In this document: piece after piece, positions 50,517 to 60,200 of the stretch
How positions within the stretch are numbered: the first letter of the stretch is position 1
Layout: every line of letters starts with the position of its first letter
Origin: a candidate division WOR-3 bacterium
Lineage (GTDB): Bacteria; Hydrothermota; Tepidihabitantia; Tepidihabitantales; Tepidihabitantaceae
Length of the DNA stretch: 64,000 nt
Reading direction: 5' to 3'
Assembly (NCBI GenBank): GCA_965649205.1
Contig: CBFGJV010000009.1
Location: forward strand, 28,131-92,130
Program-made: the position numbers and the translations under genes
The notes under the pieces: model-generated
Databases searched by the model: none
Told to the model about the DNA's origin: nothing
The model's input: only the letters and a program-made list of their open reading frames with translations

Positions 50517-51776
50517 TCATTCCTTCACCACCGGCAGGTAAACAGAAAAAACCGTTCGGCCCTGTCGCGATTCCTTCAACACCAGTCTGCCCCGATGGTA
50601 GTCTTCCACAATCCTCTTCGCCAGGGCCAATCCCACGCCCCAACCGTATTTCTTGGTAGTCACTCCCGGCTGGAATATCTTTTCCACCTTCACGCCCTCG
50701 CCCGTGTCTGTAACCTCTATCTCCAACATTCTCCCTCCCTCGGTCAAGCCTGTGCGTACGCCTATTTCTCCTTCCTGCTGACCTATGGCGTCCACACTGT
50801 TCTTGAGCAGATTCTCCAAAGTCCAGCACAGCAGTACCTCGTCCACGTGAACGCGAGGATCGGCTTCCAACTGCAACCGGAAACTGATGCTCCGCGGAGA
50901 CCGACGTTGCACAAACGAAACCGAACGTTTGAGCATCTCGCCTACTCTCTGCGGCGTCAGCTTGGGCGGCAAACCTATGCGACTGAAACGGTCCAGCACT
51001 TCCTTCATCCTTTCCATATCCTGGCCCATCGCCTCCATCACTTCTTTGTCTCCGTTACAACGCAGCATCTCCATCCAGGCGGTAAGCGAGGACAAAGGCG
51101 TGGCCAACTGGTGAGCTGTCTCCTTTGCCAGTGCGGTCCAGATATGCTCCTGCTCCCTGCGCTTGTACACCAGTATCCCCCATACGCCAATAGTGACAAA
51201 ACCGACGAGAAGAAACAGCTGCAATACAGAGAACAACCGCAGCGCGCGCACCGAGGCGGTCAAACTGGAATTTAACCGTCGCAGCACCAACGTGGAATTA
51301 GACAGCCCGTAATGAATCTTGCCCAAATCCCGGGAAGAATCGTCCTCCGGTACCATCAGGGGAATCGGCTCGTGCTGTTTGTCCAGTTCCTCTACCCATC
51401 TGCGCAGTTCTTCCGGCGTCGGATCCTCCACCGGCAGATTGCGGTAGGAAACCGGATTGCCCAGCCGGTCGGTGATAATCACCGGAAAATCTATCTTCTT
51501 TATCACCTCCTCAAAAATGATGTCCAATTCAGGCGAACCGCCCGGCGAAGGCTCTGTCACCCTGCTCATGAACTTGGCATATATATTGGAACGCAACTGC
51601 GTGTCGCTCTCCAGCTGGGCAGACAGATTTCCCACATAATCCTGCCACAGCCGCGACAACCGCAACAACAGAAACTGAGAATAGAAAAACCAGAAACCTC
51701 CCACCACCAGTATCCCCAGAACAAAATAGAGCTGCAGAATTCTGGCGCTGAAACCGATTTTGGACGAAAGACGCAT
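50517..51776 (-). CDS. Membrane sensor histidine kinase
   Basis: Two TM segments, H-box AKETAHQLATPL, N-box ENLLKNS, DTGEG, TTKKYGWGVGL. Confidence 0.92.
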   Translation of the reverse strand: MRLSSKIGFSARILQLYFVLGILVVGGFWFFYSQFLLLRLSRLWQDYVGNLSAQLESDTQLRSNIYAKFMSRVTEPSPGGSPELDIIFEEVIKKIDFPVIITDRLGNPVSYRNLPVEDPTPEELRRWVEELDKQHEPIPLMVPEDDSSRDLGKIHYGLSNSTLVLRRLNSSLTASVRALRLFSVLQLFLLVGFVTIGVWGILVYKRREQEHIWTALAKETAHQLATPLSSLTAWMEMLRCNGDKEVMEAMGQDMERMKEVLDRFSRIGLPPKLTPQRVGEMLKRSVSFVQRRSPRSISFRLQLEADPRVHVDEVLLCWTLENLLKNSVDAIGQQEGEIGVRTGLTEGGRMLEIEVTDTGEGVKVEKIFQPGVTTKKYGWGVGLALAKRIVEDYHRGRLVLKESRQGRTVFSVYLPVVKE

Positions 51777-51788
51777 CAGACCTGCCTC

Positions 51789-51817
51789 ATACTAGAACCA
51801 AAGCCCGATACTGTCAA
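51789..51817 (-). promoter_or_regulatory. Promoter TTGACA-17-TAGTAT
   Basis: 12 nt upstream of the kinase ATG. Confidence 0.6.
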
Positions 51818-51840
51818 ACCAGTTCCTCCTCAGTACAGAC

Positions 51841-53751
51841 TCAATCCGAGCTTCTACCGGGCTGACGGTGCGGTCTATTTCTGCGCTCTCTGCCGGCTGA
51901 CCGCAGCAATGGCTTCAACCGTAAAATCCGCGCCAGCAGATCCCTTCTGCCCAGCCGGGTCAATTCCTGCTCCGCAATCACCATATTCTTCGGCTCGTGC
52001 AACTGCAGCAGAGCGCGCTGCAGCCTCTTTTCGGCAGCCGTACGGGCCACATGCAGCGACTTTCCTGTCAAAGGGTCCTTACCCGTGTAGTAGGCCACAC
52101 CCGCCGCCGTCAACGGCAGAGGAGTGAACTGTTGTACCTGCCGGATGAAAAAACGCTCCACCCGTACAATGTACTCAGCCAGCTCCACCGCACTATCCAC
52201 TGTGGCGCCGGGGTGGCCCGAAATGTAGTACGGAATAAGATAAAGACGCGGTTGTCCCGCTGGCAGCGAACGGCTGATCGCAAAAAAACGGCGCCGAAAA
52301 CTGTCGTATGCCCCGACCGCATACTTACGCATTAACGCCAACACCGGGGCCGAAATATGCTCCGGTGCCACCCGTATCTGGCCCGATATATAGTGCTCGC
52401 ACAACTGCGCCAGATACGCCTCCCCCTCCGCTCCCTCCAGCAGGTCGAACCTGATGCCAGTGCCGATCGAAACCTTCTTCACCCCGGGTAACCGCCTCAC
52501 CGCTGCCAGCATTTCCAGCTGTTTTTCGTATCCCAATCGCAAGTTGGGACAACGACGAGGAAAGATACACTCCCGCTCTCGACAAACCCTGCCCCGACTC
52601 ATTTGCGCACAACTAGCCCCGTACATATTCGCACTGGGACCACCAATGTCAGTAATATGTCCCCGAAACTCCGGCAACTGGGAGATAGCCTGCGCCTCCC
52701 GCAATATGGACTCCGGACTGCGCCACTGGATGATTCTGCCCTGATGAACTCGCAGAGAACAGAAGGAGCAAGACCCCAGACAACCCCGGTGCGAAGTCAG
52801 AGAAAATCTCACCGTTTCTAGAGCTGGCACTCGTTCGCGATAACGGGGATGCGCGGCCCGTGCATACGGCAGTTCGTAGATATGATCCAACTCCTTCTGA
52901 CTCAGAGGAGCCGGTACCGGATACTGGATAACATACCTGTCAGCATGCTGCTGCACCACAATCTTCCCCTCAGGATTATCCGCTTCGCGATACCACAGCC
53001 GAAAGGCCTCCCCAAAACTCTTCTTACTCTCCCTCACCTCCTCCAGTGAAGGCAACAACACATACTCCCACTCCGGCAGACTCCGCGAAACCACACAGGT
53101 GCCTCGGATACCGGCAAGAAGAGAAGCTGGTATCGGTGAGACAGCTGCTTCGCCAACGTCGTGCGGGGAAATCTGTTCGCTTTTTTCTCTGGTATCCAGG
53201 CGCCGGGCAATCTCCACCACCTGCCTTTCCCCCATGCCGTACACTAGTATGTCCGCCTTGGCATCCAAAAGAATTGAACCACGTACCGTATTGTCCCAGT
53301 AGTCATAGTGCGCCAGACGCCGCAGGCTTGCTTCCACTCCACCCAGCACAAGTGGCACCTGTTTGAACAGTTGTCTGAGCTTATTGGCATAGACGATGCT
53401 CGCCCGGTTAGGCCGCAGCCCCGGCCTGCCTTGGGGTGAATAATCGTCTTCCTGACGCCGCTGCAGGTGAGAGCTGTAGTTCGCCACCATGGAGTCCACG
53501 TTGCCCGCCGTCACCCCGAAGAACAGTCTGGGCCTGCCCAGCTCAAGAAAGTCTATATCCTCGGTCCAGCGCGGTTGCGCTATAACCCCGGTACGAAAAC
53601 CCGCATCGAGCAGCACCCGCACGATAACCGCCGCTCCAAAACTGGGATGATCAACATAGGCGTCTCCCGTGACTATGATGCAGTCGCACTGCTCCCAACC
53701 CAGTTCTTTCATTTCGGCTTGGGACATAGGAGGAAATGCAGGTTGCTTCAC
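51841..53751 (-). CDS. YgiQ family radical SAM protein
   Basis: VTGDAYVDHPSFG, AGNVDSMVANY, EASLRRLAHYDYW, HRGCLGSCSFC, DIGGPSANMY, VAPEH. Start GTG 53751 is inferred; the ORF extends to 53874. Confidence 0.92.
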   Translation of the reverse strand: MKQPAFPPMSQAEMKELGWEQCDCIIVTGDAYVDHPSFGAAVIVRVLLDAGFRTGVIAQPRWTEDIDFLELGRPRLFFGVTAGNVDSMVANYSSHLQRRQEDDYSPQGRPGLRPNRASIVYANKLRQLFKQVPLVLGGVEASLRRLAHYDYWDNTVRGSILLDAKADILVYGMGERQVVEIARRLDTREKSEQISPHDVGEAAVSPIPASLLAGIRGTCVVSRSLPEWEYVLLPSLEEVRESKKSFGEAFRLWYREADNPEGKIVVQQHADRYVIQYPVPAPLSQKELDHIYELPYARAAHPRYRERVPALETVRFSLTSHRGCLGSCSFCSLRVHQGRIIQWRSPESILREAQAISQLPEFRGHITDIGGPSANMYGASCAQMSRGRVCRERECIFPRRCPNLRLGYEKQLEMLAAVRRLPGVKKVSIGTGIRFDLLEGAEGEAYLAQLCEHYISGQIRVAPEHISAPVLALMRKYAVGAYDSFRRRFFAISRSLPAGQPRLYLIPYYISGHPGATVDSAVELAEYIVRVERFFIRQVQQFTPLPLTAAGVAYYTGKDPLTGKSLHVARTAAEKRLQRALLQLHEPKNMVIAEQELTRLGRRDLLARILRLKPLLRSAGRERRNRPHRQPGRSSD

Positions 53752-53795
53752 CAACTTTTCCCTTTCCGGCCACTCCCTTTCTGGCTGTCCTTTAT

Positions 53796-55412
53796 CTATA
53801 GATTTCTGCTTCTCGCCCGCCAGCGCTTGACCACCCGTTCTACATCCATTCCTCTTAATCCCTGTGACCACCATTTACTGTACTCCACATCGGCGCTATG
53901 CGGAGCGGGTTCGGGAAAATCAATCAGCACGCGCGTGGGAATCGGCACCGCATCGCCCACTAGCAAAGCCTCCCCGGTCCGCAAGGCCGGCAACATAGCC
54001 ATCAGTCCGGACAAGGCGTCCGGCACCAACCGACGCACATACTGCTGGTCATCAGGATTAGTCAAACGCATGGCCACGAAGTTATTGCACTGCGCCAGAA
54101 CCGTCTCTGACAACTCTGTCGGCCGCTGACTCACAACCACAGCACCTACCCCGTATTTTCTACCCTCCTTTGCTATTCGTTCCACCGCGGTTTTGGCTGG
54201 CATAAGCCGGCCTTCGTCCTTCCGGGGTACGTAGTTATGCGCCTCCTCAAAAACAATAAGAATCGGAAAACGGTCTTTGTCCGGGTTCCATTGATTAAAC
54301 TCAAAGGCTATGCGTGACACCACCGCGGCAACCACCGCCACCGCTTCTGCCGGCACACCGGAAAGGTCCAGAATCGCCATCCGTTTGCCCGTGTCTATGG
54401 AGAGAAAATCGGCCAAAAGCGTCCCCATGCTCGCATTGTCCTTGTATCGGCTGGGGGCAAACATAAAGGCAAACCTGGGGTCTGTAGTCTTGGACTCGAA
54501 GCGAATTAGGAACCGGTCAAACACGCCATAAAGCGGACCAGGCACCATTTTCCCGGAACTGTCCAACACCAGTTGTATGTTCCAGTTTCTTATCTGTCCT
54601 ATGAGGTCTTCCAGCTTGTAATACACCGGAGAATCCACTGTCAGCGATTTAGCTATCGCCGCCGTATCCTGGGTGCATTGGCCCTGCCGGGCCCGACTCA
54701 TGGCGTCATGCAGAACCGTCAACTGGTTCTTGGCCGTGGTCTCATTCGGGTCCACGGTCAATTCGGCAAACTCCTCGAAGTTCAGTATCCAGTAAGGCAA
54801 CTCCAGCTTATCAGGAGTTATCAGAAGCACATCCTCCTCCTGGAAAGCGGAAGCGTACTCGCCATGCAAATCCAGTACTATAATGTGTGCATCTGGATAT
54901 CTGGCAATGCTGGCCTGCAGTATACTGCACACCGTACAGGACTTCCCGCAGCCAGTGGTACCAAGCACCGCCACATGCTGTCCAAAAAACCTGTCCGCGT
55001 GCACGTAAACCCGCTCCTTGGGCGCCAGGGTGGGACGTGAGAACGAATAGCCGAACTCTGCGTATCCGGCGAAAACGCTCTTCAGGTCCTGAGCCGTGAC
55101 CATATTCACCTTCTGCCCCAGTGTAGGATAAACCGCCAAACCACGACCAAACCTTCCCCGCGCATCCAGTGTCCCGACTAGCACACACTCGACAATATTC
55201 CGGGCCTGGTCTTTTTCTCTTTCCATTTCCACCCGGGTCACAATCCCAATAATTCGCTGATCACCCAAAATCAGCTCCACGTGCGAACCTGGCTGCCCGG
55301 GATAGTAACCCTCTGCCATCGGTTCGGTGGTACAGGCAGTAAGCTCTATCCGAGCTCGTTCCCCGTCTACTCCTATGACATAGCCTATTTCGCTTTCCTT
55401 ACCGTTTTTCAT
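53796..55412 (-). CDS. HerA/FtsK-superfamily ATPase (DUF87) with N-terminal HAS barrel
   Basis: IGYVIGVDG barrel, HVAVLGTTGCGKS (Walker A), DLHGEY, VFEEAHNY (Walker B), RIAKEGRKYG, VSQRP. Confidence 0.9.
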   Translation of the reverse strand: MKNGKESEIGYVIGVDGERARIELTACTTEPMAEGYYPGQPGSHVELILGDQRIIGIVTRVEMEREKDQARNIVECVLVGTLDARGRFGRGLAVYPTLGQKVNMVTAQDLKSVFAGYAEFGYSFSRPTLAPKERVYVHADRFFGQHVAVLGTTGCGKSCTVCSILQASIARYPDAHIIVLDLHGEYASAFQEEDVLLITPDKLELPYWILNFEEFAELTVDPNETTAKNQLTVLHDAMSRARQGQCTQDTAAIAKSLTVDSPVYYKLEDLIGQIRNWNIQLVLDSSGKMVPGPLYGVFDRFLIRFESKTTDPRFAFMFAPSRYKDNASMGTLLADFLSIDTGKRMAILDLSGVPAEAVAVVAAVVSRIAFEFNQWNPDKDRFPILIVFEEAHNYVPRKDEGRLMPAKTAVERIAKEGRKYGVGAVVVSQRPTELSETVLAQCNNFVAMRLTNPDDQQYVRRLVPDALSGLMAMLPALRTGEALLVGDAVPIPTRVLIDFPEPAPHSADVEYSKWWSQGLRGMDVERVVKRWRARSRNL

Positions 55413-55430
55413 CTTTCTCGTCTCGCCTTT

Positions 55431-55691
55431 CTACTCTTCAGCCTCTTCTGCAAAAGTCTCCTCCGAAAACAGACCGTCTTTATCTTTTACCAACTGGGCT
55501 ACCCGCAGTTGGGCTGCGTCCAGTTTCGCCTTGCACTGCCGCGCCAAAGCTACGCCCCTTTCAAAAAGGCTCAGTGACTTATCTAGGCTGAGATTACCCT
55601 GCTCCAGTTGCGCTACTATCTCCTCCAGCTCTTTGAGCGCCTTCTCAAAATCTATTTCTGTCTCGTCCTGTTTTCTTTCTTCCTTCTTCAT
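55431..55691 (-). CDS. xseB: Exodeoxyribonuclease VII small subunit
   Basis: FEKALKELEEIVAQLEQGNLSLDKSLSLFERG. Confidence 0.95.
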   Translation of the reverse strand: MKKEERKQDETEIDFEKALKELEEIVAQLEQGNLSLDKSLSLFERGVALARQCKAKLDAAQLRVAQLVKDKDGLFSEETFAEEAEE

Positions 55692-55731
55692 GCTTTCACC
55701 TCCACCGTCTCTGCTTCACTGACAACACTGT

Positions 55732-57111
55732 CTATTTCTCTTCCTCGGTCACAGGATGCAACACCGAGTCTGGTGCTGTTTCCCTCACCTGACAGCCGAT
55801 ACTACCGTCAGCCACCAATACCCTGACCAGATCGCCGCTGCTCACCTGACAGACACTTTTTACCACGCTGCCATCTTCCCGACGACAAATCGCATAGCCC
55901 CGGCTGAGACTGGCCAACGGACTCAACACCTCCAATCGTCCTGAAGCTACCGCCAGCCTGCGTGTGCAACGCTCTAGGTTCAGCTCGTTCTGTCGCAACA
56001 GCCTGGTGGCCACGCTCAGCAGGCTGGCCCGGTTACGAGCCAGTTGCACAGCCGGATGCTTCGACACCAGACGCTCTCTCAGCTGCGCCAAGGCACTACT
56101 TCTTCTTGCCATTCCTTCTTGCAAAACTGTCTGAGCTTTGTGCAGCATATTCTCCACCATATGCCTCGCCTCGCCCAAACGAATGCGAACCACCTCAAAC
56201 GCCCTGTGTCGTATCAATTCCAGCAGCTGCCGTTCCCGATCAAGCAGCATTTCTTCCATACACTCCCGCAAACCGACTTGCGCCTCTTCCAGGCGCACTC
56301 CGACCTTCTCCCAGCCCTGCGCTACCAACTGAGCTGCCGCTGTGGGAGTAGCGGCGCGCACGTCAGCCACGAAATCAGCTATGGTGAAATCAACTTCGTG
56401 TCCGACTCCAGAGATTATGGGGACGCGCGAGCGGGCAATGGCCCGAGCCACCAGTTCTTCGTTGAAACACCACAGGTCCTCAATCGAACCGCCGCCCCGA
56501 CCGACGATTATGGCTTCAATACCTGGCCAGCGGTTCAGAATCTCGATACCCTCTGCAATCTGCTTAGCCGCACCTTCTCCCTGCACTTGAGCAGGAAACA
56601 GAACTACTTTTGGCTTTGCTCCGTGTGACCGCAAAGTCTTCAGCATATCGCGAATAGCCGCACCAACAGGAGAAGTAACGATACCCAGTACCTGAATAAT
56701 CTCAGGCAGGGGCTTCTTGCGTTCCGGTCTGAACAGGCCTTCTTTTTCCAACTTGGCTTTGAGCTGCTCAAAAGCCTTCTGCAGAGCACCCACGCCTTTG
56801 GGTTCAAACCTGTCCAGCACCAACTGGTATCTGCCCCGTGGATAATATACCTCTGCCCGGCCGTGGGCTATCACTTCCAATCCATCTTCCAGCCTGAACT
56901 TCAGATTCTCAGCCGCAGACCGAAAACACACCGCGTCAATCTGCGACTCCTTATCTTTGAGTACAAAATACAGATGTCCGGAGGGATAGGCGCGGAGGTT
57001 GGATATTTCGCCTGTAACCCAAATATCGGAAAAATACTCCTCCAGCATCCCGGCGACCAGCCGGTTCAGCTGGCTCACGGTGAGAATCTTGCGGCCCGTA
57101 ACAGACTCGAT
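55732..57111 (-). CDS. xseA: Exodeoxyribonuclease VII large subunit; probable ATC start
   Basis: GEISN...SGHLYFVLKD, GRGGGSIEDLWCFN, GVGHEVDFTIADFVADVRAATPTAAA. The ORF track starts at GTG 57078, but the frame extends to ATC 57111. Confidence 0.95.
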   Translation of the reverse strand: MESVTGRKILTVSQLNRLVAGMLEEYFSDIWVTGEISNLRAYPSGHLYFVLKDKESQIDAVCFRSAAENLKFRLEDGLEVIAHGRAEVYYPRGRYQLVLDRFEPKGVGALQKAFEQLKAKLEKEGLFRPERKKPLPEIIQVLGIVTSPVGAAIRDMLKTLRSHGAKPKVVLFPAQVQGEGAAKQIAEGIEILNRWPGIEAIIVGRGGGSIEDLWCFNEELVARAIARSRVPIISGVGHEVDFTIADFVADVRAATPTAAAQLVAQGWEKVGVRLEEAQVGLRECMEEMLLDRERQLLELIRHRAFEVVRIRLGEARHMVENMLHKAQTVLQEGMARRSSALAQLRERLVSKHPAVQLARNRASLLSVATRLLRQNELNLERCTRRLAVASGRLEVLSPLASLSRGYAICRREDGSVVKSVCQVSSGDLVRVLVADGSIGCQVRETAPDSVLHPVTEEEK

Positions 57112-57116
57112 AGCCG

Positions 57117-57144
57117 ATTATATCCGCCGCCTCCCAAACTGCAA
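57117..57144 (-). promoter_or_regulatory. Promoter TTGCAG-16-TATAAT, 5 nt before the xseA ATC
   Basis: Perfect -10 box. Confidence 0.65.
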
Positions 57145-57244
57145 CCGCAACAGAAATAATGTCTATAGCACCGTAAGAACAGCTCAATTTGACTTTGTCC
57201 TATCCGAACTCATTATATTGAGCAGGTTAACCCGGAGGACTGGC

Positions 57245-60200
57245 CTGAAACTCATAACTTGCCTGTATTTCTCTTCTCTTCTTGCCTTCGCCGGTTCGGT
57301 TGAAGTAACAATTGCGCTTTCTCCCGCACAAGCTGGGCTTTCCGCATACTCAGACTCTGTCTTGGTCACCCTTGACATATCTCAACCGGGACTTATCTCC
57401 ACTTGGACGCGGCAACCCGGATTACCCCTGCTGCCGGTGCTATCCGGGAACATATTGATTCCTACCGGTGCTGACGTGGAAACAATGGAAGTAATTCCGC
57501 TTGGCGTAACAGAACTTGCCAGAAACGTTAGAGTGCTTCCCGCCCAGCCAATGCGCACTTTCGCCGAATTGGAAGCAGGTGGGTTCGAACCGGCGCCGCC
57601 CAATCTGCAGGTGTACGCAAGCGACCAGGTATATCCAACCGAACCCCTCAGTATCATTACGGCCGGGTCCAAAGCGGGATTCCGACTGGCTGGCTTCCTT
57701 TACTGCCCCTTTCAGTACCAACCTGTATCCGGCCGCCTTTCGCTTGTAACCAAGGCACGGATCCGGGTCATCTACCGTGAAAACGTATTAGATGCACCTG
57801 TTCTTACCCCCTCTCAGTCTGCCCTCGCAGCCGAAGACGTAGCCCGCTTGGTTCTGAACGCAGGCGACATTCATAAGTTCGGACCGATGACAAGCGCAAA
57901 ACTTTCCCCCGAAACAGACATCGTGATGTTCACCAGCCCGGCACTGGCGCCTTCCCTGGTCGGAATTCGCACCTGGCTACAACGCAAGGGTTATTTCACG
58001 GAAATAGTGCTGATTGACACCATCAATCAGCCGGGCAGAGACCGGTTTGAGAAAATGCGCAACCTACTCAAACGCAAGTTCGCGGAAGAAGGACTGAAGT
58101 ATGTAATACTCGCCGGCGACGTGGACCAGTGCTCTCTGCGCTACGGCTGGTTACCCCACCCCACTCACTACATACCAGCAGATATGTATTTTGGTGACCT
58201 AGACGGATCTTGGGACGCCAACTGCAACGACAAGTTCGGCGAAATGGATGGAGACTCGGTAGACCTGTTCCACGATATATACGTGGGCCGACTGCCACTG
58301 GATTCCGCTCAGGACGCGGCCAAATTTCTGGCCAAAGATACCACCTACGAAATACATCCCGACACTAGTTACCTGAACAACGTCCTGCTCGCTCACGAAG
58401 TAATGTGGGATTTCCTCAACTACCACGGTGGTATCTGCAACCGCAACATCGCCCAGGTACTGAACAGCCAAGCTGCGTGGGAAGTTGATTCCGGACTGAA
58501 CATCGGCTCTACCCGTGTCACCAATGGTCTGAATGCCGGAAGACACTTCTTCCACTTCGCCGGTCACGGACAGAACGACAAGTTCGGCTCTACCTACTCT
58601 TCCTCTTATCTTCGCTTTCTTACCAACACCACCCGCCCCTGCATCGTTTACTCTGTAGCCTGTTTCACCGGCTGTTTTGATATGCCACCCGGAGACTGTC
58701 TGGGAGAAAAATTCCTGAATCTGCAGGCTGGAGCCGTAGCCACCATGTTGCCAGCTCGCTATGGCTGGGGTGCGCCTCCCTGTATGGGCCCGAATGAACT
58801 GTTCGACGTCATCTTCACCAGCAACTATCTCTCCGGTATGAATCTGGGCCGCGCCCACGGTCTAACCCGCGACTTCCTCCGCAACGAGTCTTTTTCCCAG
58901 ATGCCGACCCGCTACTGTCTCTATGTTCAGACTCTGTTGGGCGACCCCACTATGACCCTGTGGCGACGACCTCCTCAACCTCTTGTTGTGACCCATCCTT
59001 CCAGCATCCCAGCCGGACCGCAGATGCTGGAAATACAGGTATCGTCCTCAGACGGACCGGTGAGAAACGCACGAGTTGCGGTGCTGCATTCTGGAGAACT
59101 CCTCGGTCGGGCCGAGACCGACCTCCACGGTCGGGCGAGCGTTCCTCTCTCTACCCTGAACGAAGGCTGGCAACTTGACCTGTACGTCACCGGACAGGAC
59201 GTGAGCATCTACCGGGCTACCCTGACGGTCCACGGTGGTGCATCCGCTCCCTTGCCCGTCTTGCATCGCAATTTGGTCAACGACCCTAATGGACGGCTTG
59301 ACCCGGGCGAAGAATCGGACCTGCGTCTTGTGGTGAAGAACAGAGGCAACGCCACTGCCGAAAACCTGACTGGCATCCTGAGCAGTACCTCACCCTATGT
59401 CACCATAACAAGGGACACTGCCTTCTATGGAACTCTTCAGTCGGGCGACACCGCTGCCGGCACCGGCTACCGTGTACTTGTCTCTTCTGCATGTCCGCAC
59501 GGCTCCAGGCTGGACTTCTCTCTCTCGCTGCGTACGGGTACGCAGGAGTGGAAAACGGGCTTTGAGCTGATCGCCGGACTGCCCAATGCCCGGCCCGGCA
59601 TCTGGGCCACGCTGGACACAGGCGACTATTGTCTGGCCGTATGTGCGAATGGCGGCATAGGCACCACCGAGTATAGGGGCGAGGGATTCGGATTCATCTA
59701 TCCCAAGGCCAGAAGGTACTCCACCTCTGCCCTGATGCACGGGAGCTTCCTTATCGGCATTGACTCTTCCTGGGTTGTGGACAACTACTACGGCTCTCCT
59801 GATTGGACCGTTTGTCCGCAGGACTTTGCCCTGCACGAATCTATCCAGCCCCTGTACCCACCCGAACGCGGAAATAAGGAGTTCGTAGCTGCATTTACCG
59901 ACGCCTGCCATCCCCGCCCCCGAAATGTTTTAATCAACCACCGCGCCTTTGGCAGCGCCCGGCCGGCTCATAAGGACTTTGTCATACTGGAGTACCGCAT
60001 CCAAAACCGCGGCTCTTCATCTCTGTCAAATCTGTACGCAGGCGTTATATGCGACTTTCGCACCCCGGCCTGGAATGTGAACGACTCCTTTGACTACGCG
60101 GGAACAGATTCGCTCCGCAAACTCGCATTTGTCAAATCTGCTGCCTCCGGCGAAACTCTGGCTCTGGGCATAAGACACATCTACCCGGCTGCCCCCGGAT

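Noticed and set aside
56999..57244. N-terminal 82 aa of the ORF-track C25 protein
   Set aside because: Overlaps xseA and its promoter on the opposite strand and precedes the evident SD and signal peptide.
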